A stretch of 64,000 nt of DNA from a virus. This document shows, one piece after another, positions 47,357 to 57,812 of the stretch; positions within the stretch are counted from its first letter, which is position 1; each line of letters opens with the position of its first letter. Position numbers and translations under genes: made by a program. The DNA is taken from the IMG/VR virus record IMGVR_UViG_3300032224_001591, positions 32,001 through 96,000 of that record. The stretch is one strand, 5' to 3'. The notes beneath the pieces were generated by a model, which saw only the letters and a list, made by a program, of their open reading frames with translations, searched no databases and had not been told where the DNA came from.

Positions 47357-47845
47357 ATGGCTAAAGGTTTAAAAAATTCATTTGATAAAACTAATTTAGA
47401 TCTACAAGATCCTTCACCATTAGGTGGACCGGTTAGTGCTCCTGTACCATCTTATGTTTCACCTAATGCAACTGGTACTCCTACTAGAACTGCAAATCCG
47501 GGTCCATTTAAGGGCTTTTATCAACCTTATACTCCGCAAAATCCATATTTAAATAGCGTAAGCAACAAGGCAGTTAAAACAAGCATGTTATCCGCTGAAA
47601 CAGATAATCCTGCGGTTTTATCGATCACTAATTTAGATAATAGCCAACCAGGAGTTAACGGTGGTGTACCTTATAAAACGGCTAATGATCCAACATTATA
47701 TCCTGAATCAACTAAAGCATCTACACCAATACGTGGTTATTTTTCTGAACCCGGGGTTGCTGCTCAAAAATATGGTTCAAATACACGAGTATATTCATCT
47801 ACAAATACTTATATGGAATTTATTGAACCTTATACGAGGAAATAA
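47357..47845 (+). CDS. Pro-rich tail-module protein with two TNLD repeats
   Basis: KTNLDLQDP...YTPQNPY and ITNLDNSQP...YSSTNTY. Confidence 0.55.
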   Translation: MAKGLKNSFDKTNLDLQDPSPLGGPVSAPVPSYVSPNATGTPTRTANPGPFKGFYQPYTPQNPYLNSVSNKAVKTSMLSAETDNPAVLSITNLDNSQPGVNGGVPYKTANDPTLYPESTKASTPIRGYFSEPGVAAQKYGSNTRVYSSTNTYMEFIEPYTRK

Positions 47846-47895
47846 TATTTTCATATATTTATATACGACAACAAATTGTTATTAAAAATTAATTT

Positions 47896-48633
47896 ATGAG
47901 CGAAAACAAATTTAATTTCCCCACAGAAATTGTAGAATTACCATCAAAAGGATTAGTATATCCTGAAGATCACATTTTAAGAAGCGGTAAAGTCGAAATG
48001 AAGTACATGACCGCTAAAGAAGAAGACATCCTAACTAACCAAAATTACATTCAAAAAGGTGTTGTACTAGATAAACTAGTAGAAGCATTAGTAATGAATA
48101 AATTTAAAGTTGGTGAATTAATATCTGGTGATAAAAATGCATTACTTATTGCATCCCGTATTTTAGGTTATGGTAAAGATTATACATTTGACTATAAAAA
48201 TGAAGAATTTACAATTGACCTATCAACAATATCAGAAAAACCGTTTGATACAACATTAATTACTTCAAGAGGTACATTTAAATTTACTTTACCTATATCC
48301 GGTATAGAAGTAGAATTTAAATTATTAAATGATAAAGATAATGAATTAGTTAGTCAAGAACTTGAAGGACTTAAAAAAATAAATAAAGATTCATCTCCCG
48401 AAATTACAACACGTTTAAGACATCAAATTGTAGCAGTTAATGGAAATATTGATAAAAATGCAATACGTGAATTTGTTGAATATAATTTATTAGCTGCGGA
48501 TTCAAGAGCACTACGTAAATATATAAAAGATATTGCTCCTGATGTAAATTTAACAACTAAAATAGTTATTAACGGTGTTGAGGAGGACATCGATATTCCA
48601 ATTAATTTAAACTTTTTTTGGCCTGACCTCTAG
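47896..48633 (+). CDS. Tail/baseplate assembly chaperone (T4 gp26-like; gpG analogue)
   Basis: ELPSKG, MTAKEEDIL; ends NFFWPDL; lies between tube and tape measure genes. Confidence 0.7.
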   Translation: MSENKFNFPTEIVELPSKGLVYPEDHILRSGKVEMKYMTAKEEDILTNQNYIQKGVVLDKLVEALVMNKFKVGELISGDKNALLIASRILGYGKDYTFDYKNEEFTIDLSTISEKPFDTTLITSRGTFKFTLPISGIEVEFKLLNDKDNELVSQELEGLKKINKDSSPEITTRLRHQIVAVNGNIDKNAIREFVEYNLLAADSRALRKYIKDIAPDVNLTTKIVINGVEEDIDIPINLNFFWPDL

Positions 48634-48901
48634 TAATGCTCCGGAGTATAGAATGATTTTATTTTCCACAATACATGAAATAGTATTTCACGGTAAAGGT
48701 GGTTATAGTTATGATGATATATACAATATGCCTATTTGGCTTCGAAAATTTACATTTAATAAAATAAAAGAATTTTATGAAAGTCAAAAACCAACAAAAA
48801 ATGAAGATAGTTGGGTAAATAATAGCGAAGCTAAACAAGAAGCATCAAAAAATAAAAATATTAAAGTACCTACATATGTTACTAAGGCATCAAAAAAATG
48901 A
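48611..48901 (+). CDS. Frameshift extension (gpT analogue) of the tail chaperone
   Basis: The +1 frame is open from 48611 through the T7 run (48613-48619) into IHEIVFHGKGGY...YNMPIWLRKF. Confidence 0.6.
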   Translation, partial: TFFGLTSSNAPEYRMILFSTIHEIVFHGKGGYSYDDIYNMPIWLRKFTFNKIKEFYESQKPTKNEDSWVNNSEAKQEASKNKNIKVPTYVTKASKK

Positions 48902-48909
48902 TGCCTTTT
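48884..48909 (+). terminator. Hairpin or weak terminator before tape measure gene
   Basis: AAGGCATCA/TGATGCCTT plus short T-run. Confidence 0.45.
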
Positions 48910-48935
48910 AATATTTATAATAAATCTTATAGTTA

Positions 48936-51293
48936 ATGGCTAAAAAAAACGATGCTAAACAAGACATTAAAGATCTTAATAAAGAATTAGGTTATATTGA
49001 AGATCAAATTATTAACATAGCGGATAGTTTATCTAGAACCGTTAAAGATGCTATATCTGATATTAAGGATGAAGCAGCCAGTGTTGGTGATATTTTTGAA
49101 AAAAAATTAAGTAAAAGCATTAAATCTTTAGCTAGTGATTCAGAAACAATATTAGCTAATACTTTAAAGTTGTATGAAGGATCCGTTAAATTATCAAATA
49201 TTCAAAAATCTCAAGAGCGTTTAAAACTTAAAGAATTAAGTCTTACTCGTAATTTAGATATTTTACAAAATAATAATTTATTAACCGCTAAACAAAGAAA
49301 ACAAAAAGAAGCTGAGATTAAGGATGCTATAAATAGACAAAATGTTTTATTAAAAGGCCAAGCAGAATTAGCTAAACAAATTCAATCTAAAATGGGAGTT
49401 ACTGGAAAGGTTATTACATCCTTTACTAAGATACCCCTTTTAGGAAATCTTATAGACTCAGAAAGAGTATTAGCTAAAGTTCAAGCAGAAGCAGCTAGCA
49501 AAGATGCTACAAAAACATCAGTATTTAAAGCCGGACTTAAAGAAACCGGTAAAGTTATGAAAGAAAATTTACTTGATCCTGCAGTATTGCTAGGAGGAGC
49601 CTTTGGTATTCTTGTTAAATTAGCTAAATTTTTCTTTGATGCTTTATTAGGAGCATCTGTACAAACTGCTAAATTTAGACGAGATTTTGGTTTAACTAAT
49701 AAAGAAGCAGAGCAACTCAGACAACGTACATTTGATATTGCTTTTTATTCTAAACAATATGCGGATACTCAAGGTAGAATATTAATTACACAACCTCAAA
49801 TTGTAAAATCTTTAGAAGAAATTAATAAGGCTTTAGGAACACAAATAGATTTTACTAAAGACTTAGGTACTTTTGGAAAACAATTATTAGTTCAAGATGC
49901 TATATTAAGAGATAATCTTCAATTAGATGAAGAAACTAGAGCAGCTATAAATAAAGAATCAATAAGAACAGGTAAATTAACTGAGCAAATTACTAAAAAT
50001 GCTTTAGGTAATGTAGCCGCTGTAGGTCTTCAAAGAAAAATATTATTAGATAATAATAAAATATTAACAGCTGCTAGTAAAATAACAGGTGAATTAAGAT
50101 CATCATTTAAAGGTAATGTAGAAGAGATAGCTAAAGGTATAGCTAAACTTGAATTAATGGGTTTAACTTTAGAACAATCTAAAAAAATAGCAGGAGGTTT
50201 ACTTAATTTTGAACAATCCATATCAGCAGAAATAGAAGCTGAATTGCTTACAGGTAAAGATTTAAACTTAGAAAAAGCAAGACTTTTAGCAATAAATAGA
50301 AAATATGTTGAATTAGGTCAAGAAATAGTTAACCAAGGATTAACTACAAATGAACTTAATAACATGAATCAATTACAATTGGATGCTCAAGCTGCAGCTT
50401 ATAATCTAACTAGTGATGAATTAACTGATATAGTACAAAAAACAGAGGAATATAATGCTTTAACTGCTAGAGCAGCTAAAGAAGGTAAAAAAGTTCTTAT
50501 TGGTGAAAAAACAAGTTTAAAAGATATATATGAACAACTTCAAAAACAAGGAGTAGGTGAAAAAGAAATAGTTAAAATATTAGGAGATAAATTATATGCT
50601 GAAAAACAAGCAGAAGATGCTCAAATGAAATTTAATAAAGCTTTAGATCAAGCAAAAGGATCTTTTGAAAGATTAGTAAGTAGTGGAGCTTTAGACAAAT
50701 TAGTAGATGCAATAACCAAATTTGCAAATCTTATAAGTGGAGGCCAGGCTGCGGCTGATCAAGCCTATGATTTAAAACAACAAAGAAAAGAAGCACAACA
50801 ATCCGGAAATACAACACGTGTAAAAGAATTAAATAAATTAATAACAGAACAAAAACAAATAGCTGAATCATCTGCAAAAACCAAAGGAGCTGTAGAAGGA
50901 GCAGGAACGGGTCTTGCAGTTGCTATAGGAGGTTTAGTATTAGGAACAATTTTAGATGCTATTCCCTTTGGAGCAGCGGCTGGTATTCCTATACAAGCAG
51001 CTTCTTTAAGTACGATAGCAGCAGCTTTAGGAACATCAGCAACTTTAGGAGCAGCTTACGGATATGCAACTTCATCTGCTCCTAAACCAACACCAACAAG
51101 TATGAAAACCGATGATTTTACTATCCGAACAAATCCAGCAGATACAATAGTAGCAGCCGGGGGTACAAATTTAGGCAGAACAGATGAAATGGTTAGTTTA
51201 TTAAGTCAAATTTTACATAAAGAAGGATATGTATCTATTAATTCTACTAAATTTGGTACTGGATATGCTTTAGGCAATTTTAAAGTTCAATAA
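48936..51293 (+). CDS. Tape measure protein
   Basis: 785-aa helical Ala/Leu/Lys-rich protein; LLNFEQSISAEIEAELLTGK; hydrophobic Gly/Ala segment near the C-terminus; synteny. Confidence 0.8.
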   Translation: MAKKNDAKQDIKDLNKELGYIEDQIINIADSLSRTVKDAISDIKDEAASVGDIFEKKLSKSIKSLASDSETILANTLKLYEGSVKLSNIQKSQERLKLKELSLTRNLDILQNNNLLTAKQRKQKEAEIKDAINRQNVLLKGQAELAKQIQSKMGVTGKVITSFTKIPLLGNLIDSERVLAKVQAEAASKDATKTSVFKAGLKETGKVMKENLLDPAVLLGGAFGILVKLAKFFFDALLGASVQTAKFRRDFGLTNKEAEQLRQRTFDIAFYSKQYADTQGRILITQPQIVKSLEEINKALGTQIDFTKDLGTFGKQLLVQDAILRDNLQLDEETRAAINKESIRTGKLTEQITKNALGNVAAVGLQRKILLDNNKILTAASKITGELRSSFKGNVEEIAKGIAKLELMGLTLEQSKKIAGGLLNFEQSISAEIEAELLTGKDLNLEKARLLAINRKYVELGQEIVNQGLTTNELNNMNQLQLDAQAAAYNLTSDELTDIVQKTEEYNALTARAAKEGKKVLIGEKTSLKDIYEQLQKQGVGEKEIVKILGDKLYAEKQAEDAQMKFNKALDQAKGSFERLVSSGALDKLVDAITKFANLISGGQAAADQAYDLKQQRKEAQQSGNTTRVKELNKLITEQKQIAESSAKTKGAVEGAGTGLAVAIGGLVLGTILDAIPFGAAAGIPIQAASLSTIAAALGTSATLGAAYGYATSSAPKPTPTSMKTDDFTIRTNPADTIVAAGGTNLGRTDEMVSLLSQILHKEGYVSINSTKFGTGYALGNFKVQ

Positions 51294-51320
51294 ATAAAAT
51301 ATTTATAATAAAATAATACT

Positions 51321-51788
51321 ATGGGATTACTAAGTAAATTACAACAAGGATCAAATTTAACATCATATGATGGTAATACTCCAACATCTTATAATGGAGT
51401 ATCGCAATATCCGTTAGATTTAAAGGTATCACAATTAGATTTAAACGGACAAACACCACCATCATATAATGGTGTATCTCAATATCAATTAGATTTAAAA
51501 ACATCACAATTAGACTTAGGCGGTTTACAACCACCGGTTTATAATCAACAAAGCCAATACCAAAAAGATTTAGCAGTATCACAATTAGATCTAGATGGTA
51601 AACAACCACTTGTTTATGATCGTAAAACTAAATATCCTGATGATTTAAAAGTATCGCAATTAGATTTAGATGGTAAAACACCTCAATCTTATAATCAAGT
51701 AAGTCAATATCCTACTGATTTAAAAATATCAAGATTAGATTTAGACGGTAATACTCCGGATCAATATTTAAACAATTTACCTCAATAA
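51321..51788 (+). CDS. Tail-module protein built of 25-aa repeats
   Basis: Five S(Q/R)LDLxG units spaced 25 aa apart. Confidence 0.7.
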   Translation: MGLLSKLQQGSNLTSYDGNTPTSYNGVSQYPLDLKVSQLDLNGQTPPSYNGVSQYQLDLKTSQLDLGGLQPPVYNQQSQYQKDLAVSQLDLDGKQPLVYDRKTKYPDDLKVSQLDLDGKTPQSYNQVSQYPTDLKISRLDLDGNTPDQYLNNLPQ

Positions 51789-51789
51789 C

Positions 51790-53640
51790 ATGCCTTTAGT
51801 TACCTTAAAGACAAATTTAAAGTCCCTTACATATGGGCATGATCGAATTTACGGGGCTAGTAGTAAACAACCTTATATTGTTGATGCTATTCCTGAAAAG
51901 GAGACTAATCCTGACTTTACGGCCTATAATAATGATTATATTTTAAGAGGAGGAACATTTGCGGCTCGAAATTCAGCTATAGATGTTTTACGTTTAGGTA
52001 AAATGTTTAAAGATGCAACTTCTCCAAGTGGTATATTTTTTACATCAAAACAACAGTTATTATCTCGTACATCCGTTCGTACTCAAACAAGCGGATTATT
52101 AAATCAAGGAAATTATACTCCATTAAATACTTTAGCCGAAGCAGGATTAGTTGCTTTTGGAGGACATGTTTTGAAAAATGGTTTAGGAAATAGTTTAAAT
52201 CCATTTGGGGGAACAGGCGCTTATTCTACTAATGAAAACTTATACGGGGTTAGGATTACAAACCAAAGAATTAATGAAACTGATTCTGAATTAAACAGAC
52301 TTTTATTAATATATAATGGTTTAATGCTCCAACAATCTATAACATCGCCTATACCTGATGGTTTTACATATAATAAAGGCATAAACCTTTTATCATACTC
52401 TGGAGGCCCCGGATCTATATTAGGAATAGGTAAAACTAATATTAGATATGGTAGCAATACAACCTTTAGCCCCTCAGTAGGTGTAGCTGAAAAACCAAAT
52501 ATTAGAAAATTTTTAAACGATACTTTAGTAAATAGTGCTTTAGATAATATTGATGATTCTAATATTAATAATGGTAGAAGTACATATGTTTATACTCCTA
52601 AATCTTTTGATTTTAGAGCTAAATTAAGAAAAGGATTAACTAAATCCACAGTTATGTCTGATGCTCCCTCATATATTTTAGGTGAAGGAAAAACAATTGA
52701 AAATAGAGTTAATTTAGGAAATCCAGGAAATAGAACAAATAAAAATTTAATATCTTATACTAATGGTTCAGGAACAGGTCCTGTAGATAAAATTACAGCT
52801 TTACCTATTTATAGAAGTGAGAATGCTTCAGATAAACATATAGTAAATGATTTAGTTAAATTTAGAATTGCTGCTATTGATAATAATGACCCAACTCAAA
52901 AAACATTTATACATTTTAGAGCATTTTTAGATAATATGTCTGATGCTTATAATGCTACTTGGAGTCCATTTACATATCTAGGACGTGGAGAAAATTTTTA
53001 TACATATAGTAATTTTACAAGAACTATTAATTTAGGATGGACTGTAGCGGCTCAATCTAAAGAAGAACTTATCCCAATGTATAAAAAATTAAATTATTTA
53101 GCATCTCTTGTAACTCCCGACTATACTCCTAAAGGATACATGGCTGGTAATTTAGTTCAATTAACAGTAGGAGGATACTTATACGAACAGGTTGGCTTTA
53201 TAACTTCTCTTACGTATGATGTACCCGCGGAATCACCTTGGGAAATTGGTATAACTGATAAAGCTGAAAAAAATACAGATGGTACTGTTAAAGAATTACC
53301 TCATATTATTAAAGTAACAGGATTTCAATTTACACCAATTCACGATTTTATTCCTAAAAAACAAACTATTAGTGATTTTAATGAAGCTAATCAACTTGAA
53401 ACACTTGGAAGAGATGATAATAATGTGTATGGCCCTCAAAGATATATAGCTTTATCTAATGGAACAGGTAATACAGATAGTAATTATGATTATTGGGATA
53501 CAGCAAATAATATAAAAAAGCCACCTAAAAATACTCCTCCTTCACCTAATAATACTCCTCCTCCCCCACCTAATAATACTCCTCTTAAGGGACGATCGAA
53601 TACATATGGTGCTGAATCTTTATTAAATAGTAGAGCTTAA
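51790..53640 (+). CDS. Baseplate/tail-tube initiator-like protein
   Basis: C-terminal FRAFLD-SD-YNATW...YLGRGENFYTY...RTINL...GFITSL tube-like domain; synteny. Confidence 0.55.
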   Translation: MPLVTLKTNLKSLTYGHDRIYGASSKQPYIVDAIPEKETNPDFTAYNNDYILRGGTFAARNSAIDVLRLGKMFKDATSPSGIFFTSKQQLLSRTSVRTQTSGLLNQGNYTPLNTLAEAGLVAFGGHVLKNGLGNSLNPFGGTGAYSTNENLYGVRITNQRINETDSELNRLLLIYNGLMLQQSITSPIPDGFTYNKGINLLSYSGGPGSILGIGKTNIRYGSNTTFSPSVGVAEKPNIRKFLNDTLVNSALDNIDDSNINNGRSTYVYTPKSFDFRAKLRKGLTKSTVMSDAPSYILGEGKTIENRVNLGNPGNRTNKNLISYTNGSGTGPVDKITALPIYRSENASDKHIVNDLVKFRIAAIDNNDPTQKTFIHFRAFLDNMSDAYNATWSPFTYLGRGENFYTYSNFTRTINLGWTVAAQSKEELIPMYKKLNYLASLVTPDYTPKGYMAGNLVQLTVGGYLYEQVGFITSLTYDVPAESPWEIGITDKAEKNTDGTVKELPHIIKVTGFQFTPIHDFIPKKQTISDFNEANQLETLGRDDNNVYGPQRYIALSNGTGNTDSNYDYWDTANNIKKPPKNTPPSPNNTPPPPPNNTPLKGRSNTYGAESLLNSRA

Positions 53641-53663
53641 ATAAGTAATAAAATATAAAATAA

Positions 53664-53987
53664 ATGAATAGATATCAACAAATACCTCAAACAAAAATAA
53701 ACGGACGATTAGTCTACAGAACATCTCGTTACCCACAAGTACCGTTAACTGCAGACGATATTTATGTTTATACTGTTCAAGGAGATAGATTTGATACACT
53801 AGCAAATCAATATTATAGAGATAGTTCATTATGGTGGATTATTTCAATTGCTAATACAGCAACCGCAGGTACTTCTAGCCCTTCAGATTTACCACAAAAT
53901 TCATTATTAATACCTGAAGGATTACAAATTAGAATACCAGCAAACCCACAATCAATAATAAGTGCTTTTAAATTAATAAACCAATAA
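53664..53987 (+). CDS. LysM-like baseplate protein (gpX/gp53-like)
   Basis: TVQGDRFDTLANQYYRDSSLWWIISIAN...GLQIRIP. Confidence 0.8.
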   Translation: MNRYQQIPQTKINGRLVYRTSRYPQVPLTADDIYVYTVQGDRFDTLANQYYRDSSLWWIISIANTATAGTSSPSDLPQNSLLIPEGLQIRIPANPQSIISAFKLINQ

Positions 53988-53991
53988 AGTT

Positions 53992-56900
53992 ATGAATATA
54001 GTAGGAGAAGGATTTGCCAAAGAAATTATTGATCAAATAGACACTCGCCAAAAATTAAAAGGTAAACGTGATCGAAATCTTGGAGGAAATCCAGAATGGT
54101 TAGTTTGGCAAAATGGAAATACAGGATGGGTTAAAATGATATCATCAATAGATGTTGATCCTGAAAAAAAATATTTTAATACTGGATCCGTTGTAACAAA
54201 CCCCGGTGTAGCACCTGGACCCGATAACTATATTAAACTTGAAAATAGTAATACCCCTATTTATTACTCAGGCAGAGGATCAGCATCTACTAATCCTAAT
54301 CAAAATCTTACTAGAGGAGATGCTAATAATTTATTAGCTAGATCAAACATATTAATGGGGGGAATTTATACTCCATATAATTTAATCCGATCAGAGGAAA
54401 ATAATAATCTTCAAGCAGGTATATCTCGTAATGGTTCTTTTCAAAATCCAAACGCTTATGGGTTTGGTGGTTTAGAATTTGGTTTACAACCAATTCCAGG
54501 TATTACTTCATTTAATATTAGAAGTGAAAATAGAGGTTCAATAAGAACGGCAACTATTGGTATTCGTGCTTATAATAAAGTACAATTTGATATTATTAAT
54601 ACACTGTATATGAGTTTAGGTTACACTATGCTTATTGAATGGGGAAATACTATGTATTATGATAATAATAAACAATTTCAATCTAATAATCAATACAGTT
54701 TACAAGATGAATTTTTATTAGGACAACCAAAATGGACTGGGCTTTTAAAATTAATGAAAGAAAAAAGAGCAGCATCAAATGGAAATTATGATGCTGCTTT
54801 AGGTAGAGTAGTAAATTTTAATTGGAAATTAAATAAAGATATGAGTTATGATATTACTGTAACTTTATTAACAGTAGGTGATATAATTGAATCTTTAAAA
54901 ATAAATACTTTATCTAATAATTTCTCATTAAATATTAAAAATCCAACAGCACCCCAACCAAATACACCTATAACTCAATCCGTAGATAAATTCGCAGGGT
55001 TAGGATTAACAGAGCAACAAAAAGAAATATTTAATTCTATTAATGCTTCTATAAATAAAAATGTTCCTTTAGGTCAAGTAGCAGATATTTCAAATTATGC
55101 TAATTCTCACGATATTGGAGCTTTATTATATCAACATAAACAAAATTTAGATGCTAACGGAATAGAATCAACTATTAATAAAACAACAAGATTTTTAAAA
55201 GATAAAGATATTGTTACTGATATATCTCAAACTTTTAATAATATTTCTAATCCAAAAGATATTCAAAGTCAAACAGTTTATTACATGCATTTAGGATATT
55301 TTTTGTTTTTATTAGAAAAATATATTATACCTAATATTAATGGTGATGATACATTAAAATCAATTAAAATAGATTATGCTATAAATTCTAATATTATTTC
55401 TATAGATCCTCTTTTAGTAAGTGCTGATCCTACAGTTTGTTTACTTAGTCGAAATATAACTTTAAAACCAAGTAATACAACTATATCTTTTATACCTGAA
55501 GGAAATAAATTTCCATTTCAATTAAAAAATAAAGATGGTAGTAAAAGTAAAGAATTTTATGGATATTTAATGAATATTTATATTAATTATAATTGGATAC
55601 TTAATAATTTAAATACTTTAGTTGACAATGAGGGAAATGTTGTTTTAATTGATTTTTTACAAAGATTATGTATTGATATTTGTCGTGCTACGGGTAATTA
55701 TAATAAAATTCAACCTGTAGTAAATAATGAAGATTTAACTATACGTTTTATAGATGAAGTAGCTCTTCCTAATAGAGATTATTTTTTAAAAAAATTCGAC
55801 CTTCCAACTAATCCCGCACATTTTAGAATGTACGGATATTATCCTACAGATACCACTTCAGATAGTGTATTAGAAGCAGGAATAGTTAGAGATTTAAATT
55901 TAGTAACTACTGTATCTCCTAGATTAGCTAATATGCTTACTATATCTGCTCAAGCTCATTCATATGTGGTAGGTGAAGATGCAACGGCATTATCAACGTT
56001 AACTAGAGGATTAACTGATCGGATAAAAGAAAAAGTTTATTATCCGGGACAAAAAACAGATATAGCAACTGAAAAAAATTTATATGAACAATATACTAAA
56101 GTTATTGAAAACTTTAATAATTTTTTGAAAAAAATAGGATCGGAACCTGGTACTCCACCTTCTTGGAATCTTAATGAAATTGAAATATATTTAAATACTA
56201 ATAAAGCTTTTATTGAGTATAACCAAGCAAAAGCCACATTAGAAAAACAAAAAACAGATCCTAGTGCTGGGTCAGCTAAAACAGGATTTTTACCTTTTAA
56301 TTTAAATTTTACAATAGATGGAATTTCAGGTATAAACATATATCAACGATTTATAGTTGATACAGAATATTTACCCCCTAATTATCCGGCAAATATAGAA
56401 TTTTTAGTAATGGGGGTAACACATGAAATAAAAGAAAATCAATGGCTTACTCATATAGACTCTGTAGGTATTCCTAAAAATCCTCTTAATGGTAATTTTG
56501 AAGATACAACAACAGAAGATAGACAACCTACTATGGAAAAAATTCCTGGTAAACAACCTACTCCTGTTAAATCATCTACTAATCCAGTACCAACACTTAA
56601 ACAAGCTGTTAAAGATCAAGCAGAATATTATTTCGGAAAATATGGAGAGGGTCTTAAATGTGCTCGTTGGACTTATAATATAGCTTATAAGTTAAAAGAA
56701 TACATAGATACTAATAGTACAAAAGCTATTCCTTTTAATTTACAATTCTCCGATAATGCTGACTCAAACGCATGGAGAGATTATGTAAATAAATTAGGTT
56801 TTTATGATAAAGTTTTTGTAGGTGACATGAATCTTGATCAATTAAAAGCATGGATAAATAACAGTACATTTAATTATGGAGATATTTTAAATTATTATGC

Positions 56901-57126
56901 CCCAGGACACACTGCTAGAACTAACATGCATACCCAAATATATACAGGAAATATTTTCTCTACTGGAGGCTCAGCTGGTAAAAATAAAAATATAATACCT
57001 AACTCCGCAGGAAACTCAGGGTGGTCAACATCTACAAAAACAAACTATGGAACAAAAGTAGTTTATAATAATAATTATACTTATAAAGTGTACTATTTTA
57101 AAGTTAAATCACAATATATAAAATAA
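53992..57126 (+). CDS. Baseplate hub-like protein with C-terminal CHAP/NlpC-P60-like domain
   Basis: Hub-like PGITS...EWG...FLVMGVTHEI..NQWLT region; C-terminal KCARW...GDI...HTQIY. Confidence 0.55.
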   Translation: MNIVGEGFAKEIIDQIDTRQKLKGKRDRNLGGNPEWLVWQNGNTGWVKMISSIDVDPEKKYFNTGSVVTNPGVAPGPDNYIKLENSNTPIYYSGRGSASTNPNQNLTRGDANNLLARSNILMGGIYTPYNLIRSEENNNLQAGISRNGSFQNPNAYGFGGLEFGLQPIPGITSFNIRSENRGSIRTATIGIRAYNKVQFDIINTLYMSLGYTMLIEWGNTMYYDNNKQFQSNNQYSLQDEFLLGQPKWTGLLKLMKEKRAASNGNYDAALGRVVNFNWKLNKDMSYDITVTLLTVGDIIESLKINTLSNNFSLNIKNPTAPQPNTPITQSVDKFAGLGLTEQQKEIFNSINASINKNVPLGQVADISNYANSHDIGALLYQHKQNLDANGIESTINKTTRFLKDKDIVTDISQTFNNISNPKDIQSQTVYYMHLGYFLFLLEKYIIPNINGDDTLKSIKIDYAINSNIISIDPLLVSADPTVCLLSRNITLKPSNTTISFIPEGNKFPFQLKNKDGSKSKEFYGYLMNIYINYNWILNNLNTLVDNEGNVVLIDFLQRLCIDICRATGNYNKIQPVVNNEDLTIRFIDEVALPNRDYFLKKFDLPTNPAHFRMYGYYPTDTTSDSVLEAGIVRDLNLVTTVSPRLANMLTISAQAHSYVVGEDATALSTLTRGLTDRIKEKVYYPGQKTDIATEKNLYEQYTKVIENFNNFLKKIGSEPGTPPSWNLNEIEIYLNTNKAFIEYNQAKATLEKQKTDPSAGSAKTGFLPFNLNFTIDGISGINIYQRFIVDTEYLPPNYPANIEFLVMGVTHEIKENQWLTHIDSVGIPKNPLNGNFEDTTTEDRQPTMEKIPGKQPTPVKSSTNPVPTLKQAVKDQAEYYFGKYGEGLKCARWTYNIAYKLKEYIDTNSTKAIPFNLQFSDNADSNAWRDYVNKLGFYDKVFVGDMNLDQLKAWINNSTFNYGDILNYYAPGHTARTNMHTQIYTGNIFSTGGSAGKNKNIIPNSAGNSGWSTSTKTNYGTKVVYNNNYTYKVYYFKVKSQYIK

Positions 57127-57127
57127 T

Positions 57128-57760
57128 ATGCCTTACTATCCACTGTCACAAATAACATCTAATTTACATACTAATGGACTTGAATACGCTGTTAATTTAA
57201 AAAACCCAAGTAATTCATACTCCGGTTATTACTGGAAAACATCTGATGGAAAATACTTTACAGGTAAAACTCCACAAGATACTCCTTGTGTTGAATTATT
57301 TGTTATTCCTAATTTAGAAGGAGGCGAAAACGGTGATTCTACATTTAGTCAAGTTACTATTAATAATGTAACCGTATTTGAAGGTGATCCTTTAATAGAT
57401 AACTATTTACGTCTTAAAAATATATCACCAACAACAGTTACATCTATACCTCCATATTATTCACCCCAACCAACTCAATCAGATTATCAAACAGGTGAAT
57501 TTAGACGTTATTTTTGTAAAAAAACAAACGAAATACAATATACGGAAATTAGTGAAGCAACATATGCTTTATTATTAAATAAAGACCCACAAATATTATG
57601 GCAGTTATATTTTCCATTTTATATTCCGTGGAGTTTAACGGGGACTAAGGAACAGGTCGCAAATACTAATAGAAATATTGTAGCTTTAAATATAAAAAAT
57701 TTAAAATTACCGCGTTTTAATGATTATCTCAAAAACGATTACACAAAATATTATAAATAG
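57128..57760 (+). CDS. Baseplate-module protein, function unknown
   Basis: 210-aa ORF; YSGYY...YFTG...PTQSDYQTGEFRRYF. Confidence 0.55.
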   Translation: MPYYPLSQITSNLHTNGLEYAVNLKNPSNSYSGYYWKTSDGKYFTGKTPQDTPCVELFVIPNLEGGENGDSTFSQVTINNVTVFEGDPLIDNYLRLKNISPTTVTSIPPYYSPQPTQSDYQTGEFRRYFCKKTNEIQYTEISEATYALLLNKDPQILWQLYFPFYIPWSLTGTKEQVANTNRNIVALNIKNLKLPRFNDYLKNDYTKYYK

Positions 57761-57794
57761 TTTGGAGATTTAAAAAACAGGTCGTATATTTATA
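57761..57794 (+). promoter_or_regulatory. Promoter (-33 TTTG plus TATATTTATA)
   Basis: TTTG at 57761, 20-nt spacer, TATATTTA at 57785. Confidence 0.55.
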
Positions 57795-57812
57795 ACAATA
57801 AAAACATAAAAC

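Noticed and set aside
53515-53585. Pro-rich NNTPP mini-repeat at the end of ORF 51790
   Set aside because: A short low-complexity tail, most simply explained by slippage expansion.
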